From Podarcis cretensis (lineage: Eukaryota), in the NCBI GenBank assembly GCA_951804945.1, contig OX638150.1:3720001-3783825 (forward strand): a stretch of 63,825 nt of DNA, in the 5' to 3' direction. The position numbers and the translations under genes are program-made. Positions 48,328 to 59,775 of the stretch are shown piece after piece. Under the pieces are notes generated by a model. That model was not told the DNA's origin and ran no database searches. It saw only the letters and a program-made list of their open reading frames with translations. Positions within the stretch are counted from its first letter, which is position 1, and each line of letters starts with the position of its first letter.

Positions 48328-48706
48328 AAAAGGTAAAGGTAAAGGTACCCCTGCCCGTACGGGCCAGTCTTGACAGACTCTGGGGTTGTGCGCCCATCTC
48401 ACTTAAGAGGCCAGGGGCCAGCGCTGTCCGGAGACACTTCCGGGTCACGTGGCCAGCGTGACATCGCTGCTCTGGCCAGAGCCAGAGCCAGAGCCAGAGC
48501 CGCACACGGAAACGCCGTTTACCTTCCCGCTGGTAAGCAGTCCCTATTTATCTACTTGCACCCGGAGGTGCTTTCGAACTGCTAGGTTGGCAGGCGCTGG
48601 GACCGAGCAGCGGGAGCGCACCCCGCCGCAGGGATTCGAACCGCCGACCTTTCGATCGGCAAGCCCTAGGCGCTGAGGCTTTAACCCACAGCGCCACCTG
48701 CGTCCC
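48328..48706 (-). mobile_element. Full-length young Sauria SINE
   Basis: Complete head to (ACCTTT)n tail, CpG-rich; perfect 15-bp TSD TAGTGAAGAGAAATA at 48313-48327 and 48707-48721. Confidence 0.95.
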
Positions 48707-49087
48707 TAGTGAAGAGAAATACTTTATTATTAAATGGAAGAAAGCAAAAACATGCTCAGCAAATTTACTCATTGTGGAGGTGGATCTGCTGTTCCGGATC
48801 AGGACCACAGTGGGTTCCCTATCTGCAGTCCTGATCTGGATCTCCTGCTGTGGCTATATGCCCTGCAAAGAAGGCTTCTACTCATGCTAAAGGCTGTTTC
48901 CCTCCTGCATTAAATTGTAAATGCAGGGGAAGAACAGGACTAATTGGGATCATAGTGGAGCAGAGGATCGAATTCCTTCCTCTTCATTATATGCTATTCC
49001 CTTGTAGCTTCTACTTAGTGAATGAAAACAAGTTTAATGCCACTTTTGGTTTATTTCTTTGTATTCTTGTTTATAGGCCACCTTTTA

Positions 49088-49441
49088 CAGTGGTGCCCCG
49101 CAAGACGAACGCCTCGCAAGATGGAAAACCCGCTAGACGAAAGGGTTTTCTGTTTTGGAGGCGCTTCGCAAAACGAATTTCCCTATGGGCTTGTTTCGCA
49201 AGACGAAAATGTCTTGCGAGTTCCTGCGGGTTTTTTCCCCTCCCCCCCCTTTTCCTAAGCCGCTAAGCCGCTTATCAGCTGATCCGCTGATAAGCCGCTT
49301 AACAGCTGATCGCTAAAAGCCGCTAAACCGCTAATAGCGCTAATCCGCTAAGCTGTCAACGGGCTTGCTTCGCAAGACGAGAAAACCGCTATACGAAGAG
49401 CCTCACGGAACAGATTAATTTCGTCTTGCGAGGCACCACTG
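49088..49441. mobile_element. Tigger/pogo-like MITE (same family as 35693-35989)
   Basis: CAGTGGTGCCCCGCAAGACGAA / TTCGTCTTGCGAGGCACCACTG TIRs; TA TSD. Confidence 0.9.
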
Positions 49442-51739
49442 TAGTTCGTAGTCCTTACAATGCAGCTTACATCAGAGTAAGTAGCAATGTAGAAAGGGAT
49501 CTGGGAAAATACCTTTCATACACACTCGCTGATCTAAATCTGGACTGGGGAACCTCTGGGCCCCCAGACAGCTCTCTAGTCTAACTCCTGCCATCCCTGA
49601 CCCTTGGCCATGCTGGATGAAGCGGATGAGAGAGGAGAGGTCCAGCAGCATCTGGAGGGCCACAGATTTCCCCATCCCTGGTAGAAAAGAGCCAAGCAGG
49701 CTCCTCCTAAGCAGTGGGTTCCGTGCACAGAGAAGGGCTTGGTGCACCTTCACTCTATGGGAGGTCTGAAGAAGTGTTTGGGCCCTCTTCAGTTTTTCTT
49801 GTTTCTGATTTTAATACATTCACCCTGCTCTCTTATTCAGATGAAGGGTCAGGGTTGTTTGCAAAAGAAGAAGAAATCCAGCACACAATTTTTAAACCAC
49901 AAATTAATACAAATAGGGTTAAAAGTGTCAGTCATTAAAAGGTTTTCAGCATCATGATGTATCACCAGCCAAACATCATGGTTTGGCAATAAACCACGAT
50001 GTTGAAACAAGCTGTATTGTACCCAGCCAGTGAGGCATGGGGTGAAACTGCCTCAGTTCTCATCACAGGAGCTGAGGTGCTAAGGCCAATGCAGCTGGCC
50101 TTAGCCTGCCACCCATCTGCAGGGCAGAAAGGCTTCTTCCCCCAATGGAGCAAGTCCCGAGGTCCCTGCCGCTGGCATGCAAGCAGCAGGCAGGGACCTC
50201 GGGGCTCCTTGGCAAGGCTCCCTCCGCCTTTGCGGGCACAGGGGGTTCACCTGCTTGGCCCCCCCATGGGTGTGGGGGCACACACCCATGACCCTCGACA
50301 GAGGAGTCTGAGGGAGTCCCAGCCCCATCTCTGGCTTGTGCAAGCTGGAGGCGAGGGGGGTGGTCCTTTAAACATCTCCGTTAAGCGGTGCACAGCCACA
50401 CACCCCTCAATGGAGAGCTGTGATGGTGCCCGCACTTCCTCAGCTGAGCAGCTACGAACTGGAGATGACCCACATCTCTGGCATATGTGGGACAGAAAAA
50501 TGCTAATTCTTAATAGTCATTATCTACTAGGTAGGAACATGGTCGTTTGGCACACAAGCCCCAAATGAGAACAAAAGAAAAGGATAGCTATTTAACTGGT
50601 ATAGCTTCCCATTGGAACTGGAATTTTCACAGCTTTTGCAAATGTTCCTCACCAGAAGAGGAAGGGTATCTTCTGAATCCTCCCATTATGGTTTTCCCTG
50701 TATCAAACAAAGTAATTAACACCCTCTCAGCCATCCTTTCCTAATGTGTCTCAGCACCCTTGTGCAGAAGGTCAGAGCTGTTGGATGGATGGGATAGCAG
50801 GAGGCAGCAAATTTTAAAAATAAATATTCAAAAACAATTCCAGAAGCCCTTGTTTTCTAATTTTCTTGGTTGCTAACTGGGAGGCTGGCATGTGAAATTC
50901 TGCACTTGCCTTTGAAAGAGGCAAGTCGTTCTCAGTGGTTCTTACGTTGTGGGGTAGACTCCTCTTGAGAGGCCTGAATAGGATGGGGTTGCAATGGTCC
51001 ATGGAGGGATAGGATCCAGTCCAGATCTTGGTGGTTTGGCTGCCCCATAGACAGAGGAACCTCAGTGATCCACACCGGATTTGTAGGAGTGACTAACTTT
51101 GTGGCTCAGTCACTTGAAAGTGATTTGTGGAGCAGGTGGCTCCGAAAGAGCTGCTTTTTATGCTGTTTCTTTGTGCATGCTTTTGGGTGGAAGCCTGAGC
51201 TACTTTGTGCTATCCTTTGTTTAAAGCTCAGTGCAGGCCGTGTTTAACACTGTTCCTGTAGGTAGCTCTTAGGAACCCAGGCTCCATTGTGTACTGCATG
51301 CTCTCTGTGTCTCTCTGTCTCTGTCTGTCTGTCTGTCTATCTCTGCCCTCCCCCTTTTGCTTTTTCTCCAGAAAGCTGCATAATGTCAGGACAAGTATAA
51401 GCCACATGTTGAAATCTAAGATTCCTCAAGTAACTTGTGTGCATTATTGTTGTTTTTTGCTTCTTCTTATTATTTATTTTAGTACTGTACAATTGTTGGC
51501 CAAATAGTCTCTATTTCTCAGTCTGAAGGTAGTGATTTAGAAAATACTTTTTTATATATATCTAAGCCATCTGGGAGGAAGGATGAGTCATAACAGAGCA
51601 AGCAGCACAGGCATGGCTGGATTCTCTGTAGAGTTCTTCTTCTTTAAGGACGTGCTGCTGGTTGTCTGAGGCTTGGTTTTTTCCATGGCAGGCAAGGATA
51701 GTGATGTCATAAAGGGAGACCTTGAGACATAGGCAGTGG

Positions 51740-52640
51740 CATTTATTTATTTAGCTGCTTAACTACAGTGGTCTCTTAAGCAGTTTACAATGCAAGAAGT
51801 AAAACGTCAGTTCAAACTATAAAATCAAACTTCAGTTAAAATTCCTGCTGCAATGATAAAACAAATTCTTCAGTAGGCACCTGAAGTTCAGTAGGCCTAT
51901 CTGACCTCAACTAGAAAGGTGTTCCATAAAATTGGACTCAAAATACTGAACACACAACTCCTGGTGGTCATGAGCCCTGCATTTGAGCTATGGGGGATCA
52001 CTAACAGTGACTCCCCTGAAGATCTCAGTGATCTGGCAGGGGTATAAGGGATTAGGTGGTCCTTGAAGTTTCCTGGACCCAAATTGTTAAAAGCCTTGTA
52101 AATTAATTCAAGAACCTTGATCCTGGCTTGGTAGCATATGGGCAGTCAGTGCAAACTTTTGAACATTGGAGTTATGAGCTGGCAATAGTCTGTTTCTATC
52201 AGCAGTCTAGCCGAAGCATTTGACACCAACTAGAGTCTTCTGATGAGGCCCAAGGGTAGCCCCACATATAAAGCATGTTGTAATAATTGAATCTTGAGAT
52301 TCCCAATCCATGAATCACCATGGCCAGGCTATCGGCTGTAGTTACTGTAACAACTGCAGCTGGTAAAAGGCACTCCAAGCCACTGAGGCCATTGAGCTTC
52401 AAGTGACAAAGGTGGATCGAGGGAGTGCAGCCCTATCCAGAACAGGGAACTGGTGAATATGCCAGACACGGGAACCCACCCACCCCCAGTTCCTTGGTCT
52501 TCCCAGGGCTTACATTCAGTTTAATGGCCGTCATCCAGTAGAGCTGTGTGTCCTCAGCACATTGATGAGACTTTGTCCACAAACTGTTAATGGCTTCATA
52601 CAGATGTTAAACAGCATTGGGGCAATATAGCTTGTGGTAC
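51740..52640 (-). mobile_element. L2 LINE 3' region, degraded
   Basis: Peptides GPGNFKDHLIPYTPARSLRSSGE...LWNT and VIHGLGISRFNYYNMLY. Boundaries approximate. Confidence 0.75.
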
Positions 52641-52967
52641 ACCACAGTTGAAAAATCATGTAGCTGAAGCAGAGTCTTCCAGTGCTGCTCTCTGGACATG
52701 ACCCTGTTTGATCAGATATACTAGATTCAGGGGCAGCACATCCTGATTCCCCACTGGAGGCAAAATGGGAACGGGCCACCCCCACTGTACCTGTGTTGTG
52801 TGATGGTGTCCATGAAGCACGAGCAGCAGTGGCACCAACTTCCATCAAGATCTTTCAAGATCTCACGAAGATCTTTGTGAGTTCTTGTGAGATTTGGGTG
52901 AGATCTCACTGGAAACCACTGCCGCTGCAAGGTATGGGGGCATTGCTGAACCACCCCCTATTACAAA

Positions 52968-53110
52968 GGCTAGCTCAAGTCAGTAGCACATGAGACTCTT
53001 AATCTCAGGATTGTGGGTTTGAGCCCCGGTTGGGCAAAAGATTGCTACATTGCAGGGGGTTGGACTACTGTATGATCCCCGTGCTCCCTTCTAACTCTAT
53101 GATCTATGAT
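52968..53110 (+). mobile_element. tRNA-Lys(CTT)-derived SINE with CR1 3' tail
   Basis: GGCTAGCTCA...CATGAGACTCTTAATCTCAGG...GTGGGTTTGAGCCCC head followed by CATTGCAGGGGGTTGGACTA...CCCTTCTAACTCTATGAT; truncated relative at ~4750-4862. Confidence 0.82.
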
Positions 53111-56009
53111 CCCTGGCTTACCTTTCAGCAGACAATGTGCCCTCAGGTAAATTTTATCTCTAGCTGGGTGCTGATAATGGAAGTAGCTGGCTGTGGGGTG
53201 CATTCCTGTGAGTATCTGGAGAGGGAGCGACTGCAGTGGGGTAAGATACAGACAAGTAGAGAATTCTGCACCCTTCACACATGAACCGTTTTTGCTTTTT
53301 AACACTCACTTTAGGCATAATTGGAGGCAGCCTCTCATTATAAAAAGTGGCTCTGCTCTGCTGCCATCACAGCCTTGAACATTCCCAGTGGCTCTTAATA
53401 CACCATGTATCATTTTAGGAATAGGTAGCAATATTTGAGGCCTGCTTGTCTTGCTTTTCAGTTCAGGCTTTTGTTTCCACCACTCTCTCTCTCCAAGAGG
53501 CTGCCTCCCTCCCTCCTTTCATTCTTATGCCAGACAAAAATAGTCTGAATCCTTTGAACCTGGAAATGGGCATGGAAGCAGCTTCCTTCCTTCCAATGCT
53601 TTCCCTTTGATCTGAGGCAGTCAGTCCACTGCAGTGATGGGAAAGACTATCACTTGGTGATGCTGTATAAGTTGCAGATGACCTTGGACAAATATAAATG
53701 TGTCCTTGAGGTGATTAATAACCTTCTGTGCATGGCATTGGTGGGACATCTGCTGCATTATTCAATCTAATTCTGCTGCCTTGAAAATGTTGAAAGGGTG
53801 GGGTAGGCATTTAAAGGAAGATCTAGAGGCATAAATTCCTAGTGAAGAAATGGTTGGAGCATGTTGATTTGCATTAGGGATTGAATGTGCCCTTTTCACT
53901 GTCTATAAGAATGTAATAAGATCCCTCTTGGATGAGACCAATGGCCCATCTAGTGCAGCATCCTGTTCTCACAATGGCCAACCAGTTGCCTCTGTAGGAA
54001 GCCTGCGCGCAGGACATGAGCACAGGGCAGCAACAACGCTGCCTGGTTTCTCACTATTCTGTATTATGGGCAGGCAATATTGTAGGATCAGTTTGGGTGG
54101 TGGAGTTGCTGTCACTGTCTACCCAGTTGAGTGCAAGTCTACCCTAGGGAAAAGGTACCTGCCCAGGTCACCATTTACGCTGGAGAGCACCAAAGCAGAA
54201 ACATAGAAAGTTTCCTGTGCATGAGTATGTGAGAACAAGAGCTGCTGGAATGTTTAACTTCCTGTTCTGGCTGAACAGTTAAGCAACATTGGGGAAGGGA
54301 TGTTGCTCCGTGCTAGAGCACAAGTTTTGCATGAAGATTGTCCCAATTTCATTCCCGGGCATCTCCAAGTAGAGTTGTCTGAACTCCTAAAGAGGATGTA
54401 GCACACAGTTGAAATATCTAACTTGTTTCCATGGTATTTGGTGGCGACTGTCAGCTTGGATTACTTTAAAAGGAGATTGGACATCTTCACAGTGGGCAAG
54501 GCTATCAATCGCTATTAGTCTTTATGGCTCTCTAGTACTTCCACGATTAAAGCTCATATGGCTCTGTGTACCAGTTGCTAGGGAAGAAGAGTGAGACATC
54601 TTCTTTGAAGGTTTCTGGTTGGCTACTGTGGGAAACAGGATGATGAAATATATAAGCCCCTGGTTTGGTATGGCAGGGTTCTCCTTATGTTCTGGCATTG
54701 GTTTTGACCATGACTGCAAGATGTTTTTGTTGTGATGTGAAATGCAGAGCTGCACTTCAGAGGAACATGGATGTGCCTCAGACACGTGAGAAAGTGACTG
54801 TGCAGGCAGGTGTGGCCTTAATGTGAGATGTTTTACTAGTACACAGTGACTCAGCCACACTGAAACACTACACCTTCCTCTTTTGACTGCCATGAGCCAC
54901 TTTTGTCCTGACTGGATGCAGAGGAAGTCCCTAGCCATGCTTTCGGACTGCCAGGCCTCGGGGGAATAGTTGAGGGTGCCAGAGCGTTCCCCCGTCTCAC
55001 CCACGGTGAGCCTAGAAAGGGTCTGCATCATTAGCTCTCCTAGTTCCTCTGGTCTGAGCACTAGCAGGACTTGGAAGAGCCAGACTATAGTGCTCGGTTT
55101 TCTGGGACAGTGATCCTCCCACTTCTCTTTTTCAAGGCAGAAAAATTTGGAAACCCTGCTCCCTGACCAGGAGGTTGCAGTCTCCAAGAGTGATCCCACT
55201 TCCGAAATAAATCATTGGAGGCCCCAGCATGACACCAGTGCCTCTATTATGGACACAGGCCATGTGGATGACAACCATTTCTTCTTGGCTGTGCCAGATC
55301 AGCTTGGCAAGCCATGATGCTTTTATACTGGCTTTGCAGATGCTGTAGTCATGTGTTTTCAGCCAGTGCAGTTGTGTGCATGTTAAGGATCTCAGTGCCA
55401 TTTACTTTATTCCTTGGGAAACCAATTAGCCTGCAGGGGTGGTATCTCTACCACGCAACTTTGGAGGCAGTGAGGATTACAGTGCAAAAGAATTCAGGTG
55501 CTACAGTAGCAATCACAGTTACATCAGCTCTTCAGTTTCAATTTGTATTATCTACTTTTTAAAAAATCCCATGGACAATCTGTTTGCTTCCAAGGTGATG
55601 AGTTGGCCCATTTATGACAACACCTGTATATAGCTGGATGCCTGCTCCTCTTGTTGCCATCAAAGCAGCTAGCCAGAAATAGCTCTCCATACTGTAAGAT
55701 TGCAGTGACTCGGTCTGCTGCATATTTTCGAATGCCATTTCCCTTAAGGAAATTACCCCCCCCCCCCAAGGAATTGGCATGTGGACAACTTCACTCACAT
55801 TCTCAACTGACTACCAGATTCACCCCATTTTACTAGAGTTTCTTAACATTGCACATTTTTCTACAGGCCTCAGACCAGTCAAGCACCTGTGTCTTTACTT
55901 TTCACATTCCTTGGGTTGTTCCAAAGCAGAAGCTCTGTGACGATGAACTAAGCTATAGGCAATAATGGGCATTCAGAATGCTATTATGGAACTGCAGCAA
56001 ACATTTCAC

Positions 56010-56200
56010 TTATTTATTACATCCATTTTCCACCTTTCCTCCAAGGAGCTCAGGGTGGCATCCAGTGATACCTTCCTACTTTATTCTCACAGCAACCAAG
56101 TAAGCGTAGGTTAGGCTTAGAGTGTATGGCTGGCCGAAGATTGCCCAGTGAACTTAGTGGCTGAATGGGAATTGGAACCTGGGCCCCTCTTAGCAGCTGC
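56010..56200 (-). mobile_element. MIR/Squam3-like SINE (old); plus-strand relative at ~18511-18615
   Basis: TTATTCTCACAGCAACC...GTAGGTTAGGCT...CCCAGTGAACTT...GGAATTGGAACCTGGG core-SINE-like motifs. Confidence 0.6.
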
Positions 56201-56705
56201 ACCACCCGGGCTGACTTCATATCCAGAACTCTGATTCATAGAGCATAGGTGAGAAGAGTAGGGATTTTTCAAAGGTCATCATGTAGGTCAGTGATGGAGT
56301 CAAGAATTGTACCCAGGTCTATTGTCTTCTAGTCATGCAGTTGGGGAGCAACACTGTGTATGGATGTTGAGGAATTTATGCATTTGGGAAGTTAATTCCA
56401 AGGTTGCTTTGAGACGCCAAGCTCTTTTTTAATAGTACCTGGGGAATTGCAGCCTTTTAATTATGGTTGAAGGGAATTGGAATTTTGTAAATAACACCAT
56501 CGCCACCTCCGACTTCCTTCCCCCATTCAAGTCATAACAAGAGATGTGCTCAGCATCAAGTGGCCTACTAATCAGAAACTGCAAAGCTGACTAAAAGGCC
56601 CTGTGCGGCTTGGAATGTGCTGTGCCTTTCCAGGAACCGCAGGGACCTAAAAGCACATCTGTAACATTGCCATTGGATGGAAATAATCCTGATTATTTCC
56701 AGGAG

Positions 56706-57013
56706 GACTCATCCACACGTTTGCTTGACCCATATTTTGATTGTATTGTGTACTGATTAATTTCTCCAGGTCTGAAAGCTTTTCTTGTTGTTCTGTTGCT
56801 GTGCCTTGCAAAAATCCGATCTTACTTGCTGAATCGGATCTTATCAGATGTGCAGAAAATCTGTAGATAGATTTTGCTTAACTGAGCTTTAATTCAGTGA
56901 GTATGATCGGATTTTCTCAAGGCACAGCCGCAGAACAATGATAAAAGCTATTGGACCTGGGGCAAGTACACAATACAAGCAAAATATGGGTCAAGTGAAA
57001 GTGTGGATGAGCT
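56706..57013. mobile_element. Palindromic MITE (PIF/Harbinger-like), ~305-bp fold-back
   Basis: ~125-bp arms CTCATCCACAC...CTTGACCCATATTTTG...AAAATCCGATCTTACT are imperfect reverse complements of AGTATGATCGGATTTT...CAAAATATGGGTCAAG...GTGTGGATGAG. Confidence 0.8.
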
Positions 57014-58919
57014 TGTAGTGTCTGAATGGTGACTTCTCTTGGCTATGTGAGGTCTTTTGATGCTGCATCCACTATGTGGAAAAGAAACATAGGCTTCCAC
57101 AGTGACAGTTTTCAATGATTGCTGTCATTAGCTTGACATGTCTCCCCACCCCCTTAAACAGAAAGAAAGTGAGAGTGAGAAGAAGTTACTACAGAGTTTG
57201 CAAAGAAACCGTATCTCTGTTGAACCGTTTGTGTACCAACCTGATGCTTGGTTACTGAGTTTTAGGTTTTCTTTTTAAATAAAAATGGAAGAAAGATCCA
57301 ACTGCAGTCCATATGTACTTTGTTTCCAGTCTTGCTTTATTTCTGCTTGTTTTCCTTCAAGATTTGGAAGTGGTCTCTTGCTTTTTCTCCTGGTTTAATT
57401 GTCATCCCACATAAAAGAGCATTTTGCTGAATCCAAGCTATTACACTTACCGTCAAAACAACAAACATTTCTCTCCCTAGTCCCTTTCCACTTAAAAATG
57501 AAAGTAGGAAAGAAATCTTGGGTAGAAGAAGAACGCCTCTTCACATTTAGGGATGGAAAGAGAGTAGTCCTTTCTTTACCTGAAAAATTTCTTCTTTCCC
57601 ATGATCTATGCAGATGGTTTGCTTATCTTTGGCTGAAATTGGTCTGGGCCAGATTGCTGATAATGGAGAAGGTCTTTTCCCATGCAGGAAAAGCAACAAC
57701 ACCCAAGCAGGTTCTGAACTGAGCGGATGTTTCAAATCACCCATAATGGGCTCCTAGTTGTAATTATGGGCCCATCATTACAGGGTTGGGACTCAAAACC
57801 CTGTGGAGTGGAGTGCAATTTCGGAAGCAACCAGTTTCGTGGCTATGATTCCTTTCTTGTTACAAAATCAGCAGGCTCTCGTTAGCTTCAGTGGGTGCAG
57901 CCTAGATGTTCAGCTAAATGTTCATCTTGGAGGCTTCAATTTCCCAAGAGGCCAAAAAATCCTTGACTACCAGACATTTTAAAAATACTGGTTGCTTTTA
58001 CAAAACCTTTTTTCCATCAGCAAAGTCCAGTTTTCTCACTTTAACAGGTAAATTTAGCTTGCAAAACCCCCACAAAAGAACAGGTCAGAATCAATTGTAC
58101 AATAACATGTAGCATATGAGACACGACGGTAAATTAAAGTGGTATGTAGAGAGGCTGTGAAGGACTTTGAGTTATAGACATTTCATGCCAGGTTATATAA
58201 AAAAGGGGAATGAAAACTACCAGTATATGGTGTCAGAATCTTTGTTCTTGTAAGCTCTTGAAGGACTTTTCTGCAGTGACAAGCTATGTGTGTAAGCAAG
58301 AAAATAGTTTGCAACCTTCTAGTTCCTCAAGTCTCTACAATGCAGCACTCTTCTGTTGACTGAATCCAAGTAATGCCTCTGAATCATAGGAGCCTTAGAG
58401 CATGGCACAAGCTCATACATAGCCTCTATCAAAAGCAGGACACTTATTCACATTTAGTAAGGCCAAGAGGCACACAAGGCGGCTTGCCCAGTATCATAGT
58501 ACAAGTCTGTGGCAGAAGCTTGGTGCCAGCCTTTCCTTGAGCCTCTGGCTTTGTTGTAAGTCACCCTTACTCTTTTTCCTCATGCCCCTTCCTTGCTCCT
58601 TGTTCTTTACCAGGGACTTGAAATGACAAGCATTGAGACTCACTAAACACAATTCACTGACAAACAAGCAGTGGCATTTATATTTGAAGGTGAGAAGGAA
58701 CAAAGTAAGTCTGAGCTGATGGCTGCCCAAAGATCCTCCAAAGGGCAGATCCACACATCCAAAATAGAACTTGACTTAACAGCCATTTCCCTCTCCTTGG
58801 GAAATCCTGGGAACTGTAGCTCATGAATCAGGGGAAGAGTTGTCAGCAGCCCACCCAAATCTACATTCCCTGGGATTCTTTGAGAAAAGCCAGGGCAGTT
58901 GAACTGATATAAATCTAAT

Positions 58920-59775
58920 TCAAAACTTGAATCCATTGGTTTGAGTCCTACCTTCTAGAGCGAGAGAAAACATGTTTGCTTCATCTACCATGTGACAGCC
59001 CTTCAGATATTTGAAGACGGTTTTCATATCTCCTCTCAGTCTCCTCTTTTCCAACTCCCTCAACCATTCCTCGTAAGGCTTGGCTTCTAGACCCTTGATC
59101 ATCTTAGTCGTTGTCCTCTGCACCCGTTCTAACCTGTTGATATGCTCCTTAAATTGTGGCGCTCTGAATTGGACACAGTATTCCAGGTGTGATCTGACCA
59201 AGGCAAAATAGAGTGGTACTATTACTTCCCTTGATCTGGATACTATACTTTAGTTGATGCAGACTACAATAGCATTAGCTCTTTTTTTGCTGCTGCATCA
59301 CACTGTTGACTCATGTGAAGCTTGACCCCTAGATCCTTTAAACATGTACTGCTAGTAAGCCAGGTGTCCGCCATCTTATATTTGTGCACCTGGTTCTTCC
59401 TGCCTAAGTGCAGAGCCTTGCATTTGTCCCTATTAAAATTAATTTTGTTAGCTTGGACACAATTATCCAATCTGTTAAGGTCATTTTGAATTCTGAATCT
59501 GTCTTCTATGGCATTAGCTACCCCTCCCAGTTTGGTGTCATGAGCAGATTTGATGAGCATCCCCTCAATTCTTTCATCCAATTTATTTATAAAGATGTTG
59601 AACAACAAAGGGGCCCAGGACAGAACAATGTGGCACCCCACTTGTCACTTTTTTCCAGGATGATGAGGAACCATTAATGAGTTCTCTTTGGGTTCAGTCA
59701 GTAAAGCAGTTACAAATCCACCTAATAGTTACCTTGTTCAACCCACATTTTACCAGCTTCCTCACGAGAATATTT
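58920..59775 (-). mobile_element. CR1 LINE RT C-terminal fragment
   Basis: Peptides PLLFNIFINKLDE...AHDTKLGG...FNRDKCKALHLG and VRSHLEYCVQF...LERVQR...RRLRGDM. Confidence 0.92.

Noticed and set aside
49999-50568. 189-aa GC-rich ORF
   Set aside because: Openness is explained by local GC richness, probably an old repeat; no recognisable protein motif.
52968-53040. Functional tRNA-Lys(CTT) gene
   Set aside because: D and T arms are mutated and it is fused to a CR1 tail; it is a SINE head.
54522-55199. 225-aa minus-strand ORF
   Set aside because: No recognisable domain; it overlaps decayed CR1 tail sequence and has no supporting exon structure.
41885-59775. The CR1 5' half (+, ends 43680) and CR1 3' half (-, 58920-59775) are nearly contiguous in consensus coordinates, suggesting one element split by an inversion
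   Set aside because: Such an inversion would flip LRP1 exons 4-6, which are collinear with exons 2-3. The two pieces also differ visibly in decay.
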